64,000 bases of DNA, taken from assembly GCA_023515725.1 (NCBI GenBank), contig JALDTO010000162.1, forward strand, positions 479,555-543,554, given 5' to 3'. Position 1 is the first letter of the stretch, and every line of letters starts with the position of its first letter. This document shows positions 37,466-50,128 of the stretch, in pieces. The translations under genes were made by a program, and so were the position numbers. Source of the DNA: Amoeboaphelidium protococcarum X5 (Eukaryota; Fungi; Aphelidiomycota). The notes beneath the pieces were generated by a model. It was not told where the DNA came from and searched no databases. It saw only the letters and a list, made by a program, of their open reading frames with translations.

Positions 37466-40137
37466 TCAAGGACCAGAGACCACCTACTTCACCAAGCTCC
37501 TTGACCATCTGATAACTTCGCGTGTTTGAACAGAGAACGATCTGTCAGCTCTCGCCTCTTTAAAGAAAGCTTCCACCCACGCGCCAGTGAGAAACTATTT
37601 CAGATCAGCGCCCATCGCGTCGGCCATGTCGCCCAACAGACCAATGGCACCTCTCACAAGTGGCTCCGTCTTGTTCTGATCTTGGAAGATCTCATACACA
37701 AAGGCAAGCATCGTTTCCGCGTACTACAGCAGCAGCTTGCCCTTGCCGTTCATTTTGAAGCCTTAGACGATTCCGGTCAATGCTTCCAAAATACCTTCTC
37801 GCAACGTGCACACATAGTCAACCATGTCCAAATCATGTGGTTCGGCCTACATCTGAGCAGCCTATTGCAATACAGTCATTGTGACTTGCAAGAATGGCTC
37901 AAACTTTGATTCAATCGCCAGGGATATGTCTCCAAAACACGATAGAATAGGCGGCTTCACCTCCCTGTGCAACACTTCACTTTACAGATTTTGGACTAGC
38001 AGTGTCATAAATTTCTCGCAGTACACTACCACTTGATCATTCAATGCACGACAAAGATCTCCGACAACGCCGACGGCAATTTAACACAATTAATGCTCAG
38101 TATGGTTCTACAACGCCTGGCAAAGGAAGGGTACAAACATATCTGCATAGCGCTAAAAGTCCTGCCCCATGCAGTTAATAAGGACTCCAATAGCTACAAA
38201 GACATCTTCCACAGTCGTGGTATTTTTCGAAGATTAAGTGAGAATCTTCAGCAGAGAAGTCATGATGCGATCAGAGTACGTCGTAATTCCTCTTTTTAAT
38301 CTTCTGGCCAAGCTTTATACTACAGAACACAGGGCAAGTTACAGCTCAGCCTGTTCATTCAGATCGTCCGCTCCCAGCGCCTAGCTTCCTTATTGTATAG
38401 AAAACTCCAGTCGCGAGAGAACTACGTTGGCCGCATTATCGACAGTTTTAAGACAATCCTAGGCACAGTATTAAATGAAATTAGCCAGCGCTTCATACGC
38501 GGAAGTCTTCAGCTAATGCTCGACTGCATCACTTCTCTGGGCCGCATTTAAAAGTGCATTCACCGCGGCATCAAAGAAAGGTGACAGAGCATACGTCACC
38601 TCGTCCTGGTCATCGACACCCAGTTCATTAGCCAAATTCATCAATGCCCAAGAAGCACTAGCAGCCACCTTAGGGGAGTCTTATAGAGCTCTAAGCAGCG
38701 CCTCAATGACCGAGGTAAGCATCTGACTGCCTTTAATACATGCTGAATGTAATTCACAAATCTTGCCCAAAGTCCAAGCGGCTCCATCTTTTACTTGCAC
38801 ATTCTGATCACTCATCAACTGCAGTAGAACTGGCATTGCCTAAGTAATCAGCTGCTGTAGGATCTAGCTATCCGGACCATTTAGGATGGAGCCAAACGCC
38901 ATAACTGAAGCTTCTCTCAATCTCCACTCTGACTTGGTGATGTTAGCCTCAACAAATGGGACAACCAGTGGTACAACATCGTTCTAAATACACTCAGCAA
39001 ACAGAGACAGAGCAGTAGCGCCAGCCATAAAAGGCGTCCATTCATCCTCGTCTATACCCTCTTCCTATTAAGTCAACAGTTGCAATAAGACAGGCACAAC
39101 ATTAGGAGCAGCAGCTCTAGCAAAGTTCTGACTGACTCTTTCTGGTTACTCACCAAACTCCATAGCCTCCTCTGCTTCTTCCATCAACGCGATTTCTTCA
39201 TCACACACGGTTGACCAGAATTCTATGGCCTATAGCGCAATGTTAGTGTCTTGGCTAGTCATTCCATTGATAGTCAGCCCAAATAGAGCTTGTCGCATGT
39301 ATACCAGCATATGATCATAGTACAGAGACATTATTCTGACCAGACACTCAAATGCGGCACTCACAACTTCTCCACTCTCGGTAACTGTGGTGGCCTCACA
39401 AACAACTTGCATTATAAAGTCGCGCTCCTTTGGATTGTCGAAATTGCGCCTAATAAACTCTAAAGAATTGGTCATAGCTTTAAGAGCAGCGATAAGAATA
39501 GCGGGACTCTAACCTTTACGCGCACCTTGCACAACTGCAGTCAGAATTTCATTGGAATAATTCTCCAAGGCTTCAGGTGCCACTTCTTCACAAAGGAAAC
39601 CGATTGTCTGTAATGTGGCCTACTTTAATTCATTAGAACTTGACTACGCAGCGACATTATTCATTAGCGTCTAGATAAGTTCCGGCCATGCATTCATAGG
39701 CAACTCTATGGCTGCAATCACAGCAATGGCCTAACCAGCAGTAGTGGTCACCAGCTTTTCAGTGGCAGTCAGAGCCGAGAGAGTCAACTGCTTCACCTGA
39801 CTCTTGACACCGCTATCAACAGTCTGCCATTTCTACTGTAATAACACTCGTCTAGCAAAATCCTTGGCTGTTAAATTATTCTTCAATTGCAGACCAGCAG
39901 CAGATCTCATGGCTGGCGCCTGGTCTCCTCTAGCCAGCTCAGTGGCAAGACCCAACACAAATTGTCCAAAGTTCTCCTACGCGGCTTATTGCAACTGACG
40001 CAAAGCCTGGTCTCTTTCAGACTGGACTACATAATTCAAGATTAAATTCACAATTCATTATACTCCGTCACGTAACTTGATCAAGTCATACCTGGTGAGA
40101 GAGTCTTGGCAAAAATCTACCCAAAGTTAACGATCAT
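37466..40137 (-). CDS. KAP95: importin beta-1, one intron near the 5' end
   Basis: [79 protein letters not shown]. Confidence 0.96.
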
Positions 40138-40609
40138 ATTTCTATTTAATCGAGGTGATGTATAAAGTTCAGAAAGAAGACAAGATCTCAGTTAGCACTT
40201 GTCTGCTCGTTGAATGAAAAAAGATTCACCGCGTTCAAGACAGACGGCGGAAAGCAAAACACCGAGCGCAATGGACGAACAAATACTAAACTTCTCTCGG
40301 CTATCTCGAAGCGCAATTCTCGTTGAAAATAATCCGTTTTTGGGAAAACACGGAAAAAGCCAGGAGGATGATTGAATGCTTCTCTTCGAGTTCGAGGTTG
40401 AAAGCAAGCAGTGGCGAAAACTTTAGACGCGTTTCAACAACCGTCCGTCTTGATTGCCGAGTTGATTGACAACCGCGCGATGTGATTTGTGTTGGGAAGT
40501 GAAACGGGCCTCATATCAGAGCAACAGCTTATAAATAGCCCTGATTTTACACAAATGCTATAATCAACAATTATTTACAGATGCCATATTTTCTTTTTAC
40601 ATTTATTCA

Positions 40610-43222
40610 ATGCATTAGCAAAATTATAACAATACTGTAATCATGGAATTGGTGTAAGAATCAGATCGAAACGTCAACGGTGGAATGGATCAGCAGCTAT
40701 TACATGCCAAAACCCAAGCATCAGATATCCAGTCATCACAGTAACTAGTGCTTAAAAGTTCCACTATTGCAGTGGTTAACAACGCAGAACAGTCAATTTA
40801 ATAGCAACAGTAACAACAGGTTCATTCGTAAATTTTATAGAAGAGAAAGGTGAGTTAAATGAAGGCTCGTAAATCGGCACCTGAAAAGTTTGATCAGCAG
40901 AAGCTGGCTCTATCCTCTAGAGTTGATAATGGCAGTAAACTCTCTCCTACACCTGAAAGCCCGTAAAGTCCATCATAGAAGCCATTGTCGCGTAGAGGAC
41001 ACAAGAAACTTAAATCTGGAGATAGGCGAAGGATCCGCGAGAGTTTGAAGGAGAGTTAGAAGAAACTGTTGAACTAGGGTGGGCCTGCATCATTCGTGCT
41101 GGGACCACCAGTACATTCATAATAGCGAAAATCCTCATTAAGTTACCGAAAGTCATTGTCAATGAACGATTTATAGAGGGAGCATAGTGTATTATTTTCC
41201 ACAGATCTGTTAACTGACATAAGCGCGACGACGTAGAGCAGAAATTAGAAAGGTTTAGCTTAATCAGATGTCAAACGTCAAGAGAAAGCTTAAGCAGCAG
41301 CGATTACCATACAGCGCTATTACAGATTCTATAGAATGAAAAGACATTATGGTCTCATGCTAGATAAAATGTAATAGAGTCGTAATCTGTCATTGATTAA
41401 GGAAAGCAGACGAAAAAGTGTCATGTTAATGCTCGCTCATGCTAATTAGATCAGTCCATCGTAAGAGTTGCTTTTGAGGTTTCAACTGGAATCATAAACG
41501 TCACCAAGCTCAGAGACCTAGATTCAGCTTGATACTTAGACATCAATGCTACAGTCAAATGAGATGCTGGATGCATAGAAGGAGAAAAAAGCGATTAGAA
41601 AAGTCACCAACTTATTTAACGAGAATCCATCCAAGGGAATATAAAGCGCGATTTAAATTGCCCAATGTGGCCCCGATTCTAAAGATGTCGCAAAATTTTT
41701 ATTAACCCATCCAGGACTATCCAAAATCAAGATTGGGGAGTATCTTGGCATAGGCGATTCCATTTCAAATTAAGTGCTCCATCATTTTGTTGATGAATTA
41801 GATTTTTAAAATCTATCGTTTGATGATGCGCTCAGAATGCTATTGTAGACATTCCGACTGCCAGGAGAAGCGCAGAAGATCGATCGTATTATGAATGAGT
41901 TTGCTCGAAAGTTTTGTCAAGACAACTCAGACGTGTTTCAGTCACCAGACACTGCTTATATTTTGGCGTTTAGTTTGATTATGCTGAACACTGATGCTCA
42001 TAATCCGAATGTGAAGAAGAAAATGTCAGTGACTGACTTTCTGCGCAATAATCGCGGTATTAATAATAAGGAAGATCTCCCTCGTCCTTTTATGGAGTAA
42101 CTCTATTATAACATCATTAACAATGAGATCAAGATGAATGATCATGATGGTGAGTGGCATTTTCGTGATATTCTATCCAAGCTGGAGGGAAAACAAGATG
42201 CTCTTCAGACAGCGGGGCGTGAAGTACTTGCTGAATTCACTGCATACCAAATTCCTGATATAGGCAAGCCAAACACTCATCGGCACGAGAGAACTTTATT
42301 TGTCTGCAATGATTTACTTTTGATCGTTAAGCCGCGACACGGAATGCAGTTGAGCTAATATGTGACAATGTAAAGTGATTCGCTCGCGTCCATATCGAGA
42401 TCTAATCTATAAAGGAACGTGGCTGAGTTGAAAGAGCGCGAACAGCAATACTCCGTTAGAGAGAGGGTGTCTAGTGCTAGTGGAACTGTTTCGTCTCGTC
42501 CTAGCAGTGCAGCGGCTGGTGGAAGATACTAATTTAGATACTTTTTCAATTATATCACAATGTCGGCTCTATCGAAAAGTTCTGCCTGTCATCCATTTAT
42601 TGTCCAGTTGGTGAATATTAATGGACATCTGATTGATCTTGGCTTCAGTCATAAAGAAGAGTAGGAGCGCTTTCTGGAAGTACTGCGCGCTCAGATCGAA
42701 GATGAAGAGGAGAGGGAGTTGGATAAGAAACGAAAGTTATCTGAGCTTACCATTAGCAGAGCTGAAGCTGCCAAGTTTATGATTGAGAAAACATACTCGC
42801 TCAAAGATCTAAGCTATGATGAGCTTTCGCATTCTTAAAGCTCAATCACTGATGAATCTGCAGGCTAAGGTTAGCTGGCTCCGAGGCACCGATTTTCTCA
42901 GTATGGAAGCTTACGAGATGCGCGTACAGCCTTAAAAGCCCAGGCAGCGTTCTTGCGCGGCAAATCCAGTAAGAAGACTGCCCAAGAAGCTAAGGCTGTT
43001 GAGTAGATCTAGACTGATCTGAAAGCTTTCAGTGTGCAATACAAGTTGTCAGTTCCGTCGCCCAGTCCACAGAATGCCAATCACCCGGCGAATGATGCTT
43101 TGATTGAGGCGGATGAGTTGTCGCCGCCATTGTAGAGTAGTAACGACAATCTGGCAAAGGGTGATGGTAGACTAAGAATACGACGGAAAACTATTACAGA
43201 TTTGAGCACACTAGGAAATTGA
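40610..43222 (+). CDS. Arf GEF with IQ motif, Sec7 domain and PH-like domain (IQSEC/BRAG-like)
   Basis: AAITIQRYYRFYRMKR; FRLPGEAQKIDRIM; AYILAFSLIMLNTDAHN; HERTLFVCNDLLLIVK. Start may be 40643. Confidence 0.85.
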
Positions 43223-43396
43223 ATTTGAATGAATCAGAAAAAAGGTCATCTATCTGGTTATCCTTGTTTCAGTCGCTCATGTTCTAGAATGTTCTACTTG
43301 TTTCCCGATTAAAACCACCATCTGATTATATAATGGCGGTTTTATCCCGTATCATTACTTCTTGTTTATTACTTTTTGAATATCATTAAGAACATA

Positions 43397-44014
43397 ATGT
43401 TTGCATACTATCCTTGCTATTATCAAGATACTCCTCTGGTGTTTGGTACACCTTCATATGCTCAACAGAACTGGTATCCAGAATACGCGGTGCATGATTG
43501 GTGCCCTCAACCTCAGCGAAGAAGGAAGACTCCAAAGCGCAGACATAGATCTCCCTAATACTCTCAATAAAGCATCGCTGCTGCAAGTGTTATCCAAAGA
43601 GCATACAGATCTTATACTTTGAGAAAGCGATTGCATGCTTTAGCTGTGATTCGTCGATTCTTAGATCGCGTGGCTATTAAATTGGAAGTATAACGTTAGA
43701 TAATCCCGCCTCTGAAATAAGTATAGAAAATCCAGTAAGAGTTGAATGACATTAACGATCTGCACTGCGATGTATTCTGGGGCAATCTCAGCTTTATAAA
43801 TGGGCAACTCGATTACTCTAATGCGAATAACAAATCGTTCTTGCTATATGAAGATAAGTTGACCAAGTTGCTACTGAAGCTGGACTCTATTTAATCCAAT
43901 GGCCACGAAGAAGTCCAGACTCGAAGGAAAGCTGCTATAAAGAAAGTCTAACAGTGCCTTACTGAATGTGACAACTACAGAGCAGAACAGATGCACAGTG
44001 CAATGGACCAGTGA
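43397..44014 (+). CDS. IQ-motif plus BAG-domain co-chaperone
   Basis: AAASVIQRAYRSY; YEDKLTKLLLKLDSIQSNGHEEVQTRRKAAIKKVQ. Confidence 0.85.
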
Positions 44015-44068
44015 ACAAAAAATATCGTGTTAAATAAATCATTATCTTCTATATTTGTTTATTATAAC

Positions 44069-44659
44069 TCACATTTACTATCTTAATTTCGCTGCCCAAT
44101 GCTTAGTAGTGCGAGGAATTACACCAAGACTGACCGCGAAATTTATAGTCTTGACCAACCTGCGCTGGTTTCCCGACGATAAACCAGTTACCCTCCGCGG
44201 CAGTACCTAACCCAAATCATTAACGTATTCAGAGAGGAATATAGCATTCTTGTATTCTCTGGACACGTCGACTCCAGTTTTGGTCATCCAATCGGCCTTA
44301 CGCGCAACACTATCATTAGAACTTTGTGTTTTCCAGTACCACATATCATGGACGCGACTGTATCTATTACGCGCATTAAATTCGCTTATGGAAGAGTTCA
44401 AATCTATATCAGAATACGTATGACCAGATTCAAATTTCAGTTTCCGATCGCCATGATTAGCGCTGCTAGAGGTCTAATCAATCAACTCTGCCTTGCTCCG
44501 GCTACTTTTACTCATGACAGAGCTTATGGAGTTGGTATTACGTTCAGCGACTATCTTGCTTGTAGACTTGACGTCTGACAGAATCTACTCAATCTCATTA
44601 TGCGCACTCTTACGCGCTTTGGCATCATTAGATACACGTCTTATGCAATTTCTAATCAT
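44069..44659 (-). CDS. RSM18: mitochondrial ribosomal protein bS18m
   Basis: EYKNAIFLSEYVNDLGQVLPRRVTGLSSGNQRRLVKTINFAVSLGVIP. Confidence 0.85.
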
Positions 44660-44794
44660 CTTGAATTTACAGACAGTAGATTTAACTGAGTTTTCTAGAG
44701 GATTTTTAATTCTTCTTTGATGACGAACGAGCGCGTTGAATTTCGCTTTCACATTAACAGTTTCTGATAAAAAATACAGTAGAAGAGATTTAAA

Positions 44795-45319
44795 ATGTTA
44801 AGACTAACGCGTAGACTGTAATCTAATCAAGCCGCATATTCAGCCAAGAATCTAGCTGACGCTGCCTCCTAATAGAGTTAGAAGGGATCCTAAAAGACTA
44901 AACAGAGAAAGCATCAATAGTAGTCTGGGAAGGCTTCGAAAAAGCCTGTGCCAAATCAGTAGCTAAAAGTGATGGAAGTTGATGCTCATCCAATAGACAC
45001 CACCGCTCCATATTAGTACCTCAAGTCATCATCTGGCTATACATATCGCGATCATTTGACCTTGTTAAATGCTGAGAAGTGTCGATCAGAGAAGTTGCGA
45101 TCCATGCTCCCTTAAGTGATGAAGAGTACGGAACATTAGGAGTATCTTTAGTCCATGCTTGACGCGTTAAATATGAATCCACAGTACAGTCTTAAAGATA
45201 AAGTGGAAATGCTTGAGCTGGCATGCGATTTCTTCATCAAGAATTAGGGAGGAAAAACTATTGATTACTAATTTGAAGCATTAAAGGGAACGCCGTAAGA
45301 GAAGATAACGCGTATATGA
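44795..45319 (+). CDS. unknown protein with mitochondrial-presequence-like N-terminus, 174 aa
   Basis: MLRLTRRLQSNQAAYS...; ATG..TGA frame with TAR=Gln; divergent from RSM18. Confidence 0.65.
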
Positions 45320-45383
45320 AATACAATTTAAAGTGATACGTTTCCAGCACAAAAACAACGTTTATTCATATAGACTATCTTGA

Positions 45384-45917
45384 TCATACTTTCGGCGTAT
45401 ATCCAGGTGGAAATCCTCTTGGGTGTGGCATCTTTGTAAAATGAGGCACTACACAATTTAACTTCAATCATAAATAATCTCAGCTTAATAACAAAACTTA
45501 CCTGCTGTGATAGGCTTCCGGTGTCCTTTCGGATCTCTACTAAACACGTAATACTTTTCCACAGGCTTCAGATCAGACTACTTCTTCCATTGACCATTTT
45601 CAATCTATGACTACAAACACACTATCATTATAGTATGATATGATCAGTCCAACCGGAAATCAAAAAATATATTACGCGTGACGAAAATGGAACTTTAGAT
45701 TCGAGCAGTGCCTATATCACAGAGTCGACCTACTTGAGCCGCTTTCTGACATTTCTCTTCTGTGTGTGACTAAGGAAGAATGGCCTTCTTGCAAATCTAC
45801 CCAATTATTAAATTAATTAGTTATCAGCAATAACGTGTCTTTTAGATTTACAGTAACAACAGTTTACCTCACTTGACCCACCTGAGCAATAAATGAAGGT
45901 TTAAACGCGCCAAACAT
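45384..45917 (-). CDS. MRPL31: mitochondrial ribosomal protein mL60, 3 introns
   Basis: MFGAFKPS...RRPFFLSHTQKRNVRKRLKQVDSVI...KPVEKYYVFSR..HRKPITAVPHFTK..FPPGY. Confidence 0.8.
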
Positions 45918-46102
45918 ATTTACTTTTGTGATATTTTAATTCTAAGCGTTTCACTCAAAACAGGAAAAGTGCGGGCTTGTAAATTTTAGGTACCGGCAAT
46001 TTCGAAGAAGAGAGGAAAACTTGAAAATTCCGGGGCTGCCGCGCCGGAATTGGATTTGGAAAATTTCGGCTAAGGATTTTTGTAAAAATATTGTAATGGA
46101 TA

Positions 46103-49100
46103 GTGTCGAAGGCATGTCCAAGCATTAAAAACATAACTTAATTTAATCGAGATCATAATGACTAGTCTAGAGAACGCTTTAATATCTTTTTAACAGCGTC
46201 TTTCTCGCGTTTTTCTTCTTTGTTGGGCGCTCGTTTCACTATTCGACACCATTGCTTAGCATGACCATCAGCAAATCTAAATATCCCCTGCTCATTCTTT
46301 TTCATATATACATCTTTACGAGCAGCACAGACTTAGACAGATTCATCCAAAAGAAGCTCTTAAAATCTCTTCATGTCCGGATCTATTGGTTTCAATAAAC
46401 TAGCCGATGTTGTTTCAGGCGAAATAGTACTTAGAACATCGCCCTTGTTACTGAAGGCTCTTCAAAGACTACCGCTTGATCCATGTTATCCGAATCATCG
46501 TATAATTTTTCAAGAGCAGGCAAATTAAGAACTCTCATACACCCAAAACGCTCTAGCTCACCAACATGCTCAAAATTCCAATACAAGTAGTTATCTGTAG
46601 GGCTCTACAAATGCAACTGTTCATTCGCTGTTCTTCTGAAGAACAGTCTATATAGGCAACTCAAATCATTAGAAAAGCATTCCTACCAATACCTAGGCGA
46701 ATGGACTGGTTGTAATTCCAGCGACTAATCACGTCTAACATCATAAAGTCAGAAAGAGCTGGATTCAGAGAAAGTGCAGCTATACATCGTCTCAAATGTC
46801 TATGGAATCCTTCTTGACTAGAGCTACCTCTGGCACTTCTATACTTACTGAGCTGAGCATTGTCTGACTTGATGTCCATGTACAGCTCCACATCCGGATG
46901 GTCTGAAACGCATCCTTTTCCAATATGCTCCATCTAACTTTAGTGGATCTCTAAAATCTTCTTTGTAATCAGGTCAGGAGCAATTAGATGAAACAGAACA
47001 ATAACCGCATCAACACGAGTGCCCAACTCCTTCGCTGATGGAATCTATCTCTTCAGTCTCCCTTAACGGATATACTTTCTAATGGTGAAAAATATTTCTG
47101 ACTAGGACAGTCCTTTACCTTCAAGAAACTCTTCAATTAGCGCCTTGTCTTCAGGATCATTAATGAAAATGGCATCGCTCAAGAAGGCCAAAAATACAGA
47201 GTACAATGAATGAGACTTTGACACTGCGTAGCGCTAAATTAGATGGAATGGATCCAGGAGCACTCTCTGATATTCTTGCCCATTGTCATTTACAGCAGCA
47301 TTAGGGGATGATGATTCAGCCACTGCAGCACCAGTACACAGCGAAGCATTTACAGCAGCAATAGGCGCTGGAGGAAAGTCTGACAATACACCAACTTATT
47401 CAGACTCAGATTTAGATTCCTTATACAGCAATAGTGAAGCATATTCATCTGAAGCATACTTGAGTTGATTTTCATTTAATTATAAACTCTCCCAGTCAGA
47501 GAACAATGAGAGATAGTCTTTACCGATTTTTAAACGAAGTACAGCAGCGCAGAGAGCTTTCAAACTCAACTAGGTGTAGCCCTTGTCTTTGTAAACATCC
47601 ATCAGCTCGACCACACCATTGACTGTTACATTGAATTGGTTCAGCAGTCTAGTTACGTCACCTTTGATATTCACGCCAGTTTTCACGACATCCGATTGAA
47701 GAAACTAGCATAACGACTGTGGAAATTACTAGAAGGCTTTCAAACTTATAATGAAACAATGCGTTTAAGTGCATATCTAGATGACAGCTATCTTCCCAGC
47801 AGGAACACCAGTCTAGAATGAAGTATTCCATTCAGCATCAAATCCGACACATTAACATGATTCCAACACCGCCAGACATTGAGCCAAACTGTCGAAACAT
47901 TTCACATGCATTATTTCACCAGGGAATTTCAGAGGCTTCAAATGATTCGACAAACAACTTGATGTCTAGAGCGATGGAAATATCGATGCAATGGCACTTC
48001 TATCTTAGCAGCAATTATCGATGTAGAATAACTCTGGTCCATCAGAGCCAATAGCCTCGTATCTCATGGCAAGCAAACGCAACTCATCTTCAATCTCCAG
48101 TAGAGATTAAGTATTGACAAAATAAAAACCAGAAATTTAGCCATTCTCATTCATTAAAGAATAGCAAGCTTCGAATAAACGCTGATGTTCCTGCTTTACT
48201 ACCTTTGCAATCTTGAAAGTGTGATCGGCGCTGAGAACTTTCCCAGTCACCTGCATGATACCAGCTCTCTAAATGTCCGCATTCAGAGTTGCTTACTCCT
48301 AATAGCACTTGGTGAGCAGCGGAGTACTTGGCACGAAGCCGTTCCATCCACCAGAGTCGTCAAGCGCACCAAACTAAGGCACTTGTTTCAACTATCCAAC
48401 ATTCACTTGGAGAGGATTCTTCAGCCCATGCAACACAAACGACTCGAAGCGATCGACAGTTGCCCAATAACGCGTATCGGCAACTTCCTTTAATGAATCC
48501 TAAATCGCTTAAAAGGAGACGCCTTTCACTACTAAAGACTAAACTAAGGATACCAGATCCTGATCCAAAGCAGATTTTGGATAAATACGAGAAGGGAACT
48601 GAGCTTGAATAAAATCAGGCATCTTACTGATAGCTCGATGATCAAACCCAGCAAAGCTAGTATCGCATCCTCTACAATGATATCGAAAACAAATTACATA
48701 ATACAAATGACCAAGAGATGCCACGCGCCGAGGACCACACTCATTCCAACCTGTTTCGTGAACTAAACCAAAAACATGACCACAATTTACACATGGCATG
48801 TGACGCATATACTTCCAAAAGAACAGCTCTGGTATCCAAAAATATACTGGTACAGCCTGCCAGTCAATTGGATTCACTGATCCTGACATCAAATGATTAG
48901 GTGGTAGAGCTAAAAAAGTATCCCAATCAGGCTTTACTGCTGGAACACATAGACAATGAGATGGCATTTGCTTGGTACGATTGCAAGCCGCGGTCCTTCC
49001 AGATCTATCACTGCCCTTCAAGAAAGTCCTGATCTTCCTGACCTTAGACTCAAGCCATGAAAACTTGGGATCTTTCAGCCACTTCAAAGCTTTCGAATTG

Positions 49101-49597
49101 GCAAACTCATCACAGTCATCGCTACCCTTTGCTTCATCATCATGTTATAAATCACCAACATCAGCCTCAGGCAACTTCTACTGCTGACCTTATTGTGAAT
49201 TCTCATCCACCTACTGCTTGGGTGCGAAAAACTAGCTCACCTTTGCATTGTTTTTGACCTTACATACCTTCTCATGGTTGTACTTGTTCTAAAAAGAGAA
49301 TTCCTTATTGCAATTAGGACAAATATACGGTTTTGCCTTATAGTATGATCAAGTCAACTAGCCTTAGGCGGCATTCTTGCCAGGCTTGATATGTGGTTTC
49401 ACCAAACTTGTTGACTTGATCATCTGGTATTTAAAAATTTCCAAGTCTTTAAGTTGAAACTTGAATTTTTTGCGCCGAACTTTTTCATTTTACAGTTTTC
49501 CGTGCTCGCGCGAATTCTTTCTCGCTTTTTCTTTGCATTGGACTCCCTTGGACAATTGACGGTTGTCATTGCTTGGACACCGAAGTGCGTGCGACAC
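46103..49597 (-). mobile_element. DNA transposon with DUF6729-type DDE transposase and inserted WRN-like 3'-5' exonuclease; disabled copy
   Basis: ORF from ATG 49423 to TGA 46661 with a premature TGA at 49349 and C-terminal frameshifts; Zn finger, YFWIPE..GPRRV, SADHTFKIAK, MNENGQI, FYIDNCC, GFDAEW, LLDPFH, RGSSSQEGFH; imperfect terminal inverted match. Confidence 0.75.
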
Positions 49598-49814
49598 GAT
49601 TTATTCCAAAAAGCGAACTTGCCGTTGTCGCTGTCGTTGTTGTTGTTGTCGAGTCTTTGTGTGTTGGACAATCCGAGCGAGGTTTTTTGAAAGATCTAAG
49701 GTTGATCCAAATTGCGAGTGAAAGAGACGCGTTCGATAAAATTTTTTTGATCTCTCTTCTTCTGTTATCATAAGTCATACATTTTCATCAACAATTTGAG
49801 AAAATAGAATCAAG

Positions 49815-49883
49815 ATGCGTGAGAAGTGGAGAAAGAAGAGAATGAGAAGATTGAAGAGAAAGCGTCGCAAGAACCGTAAGTGA
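49815..49883 (+). CDS. RPL41: ribosomal protein eL41 (22 aa)
   Basis: MREKWRKKRMRRLKRKRRKNRK-TGA. Confidence 0.93.
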   Translation: MREKWRKKRMRRLKRKRRKNRK

Positions 49884-50128
49884 TCAGTGTGAAGGGGGTT
49901 CAGTGACGGTTTGGCAGTAGTAATAAAATCACTATACTATGATTTCTTTTGGCTTCTTTCGTTTACTTGTCCAAGAATCGAATTTGTTTCATTTCGACTA
50001 TTGTTCTTTTCTATCTCTTTTAAGTATAAACTCCAACTGTATATCACCAGAGTCGTTCATTGAATTTCTCTAATACTGTTCGCTCACTCCTCAACTTGTC
50101 TTTATTAAAACTACAACATTGAATTAAA

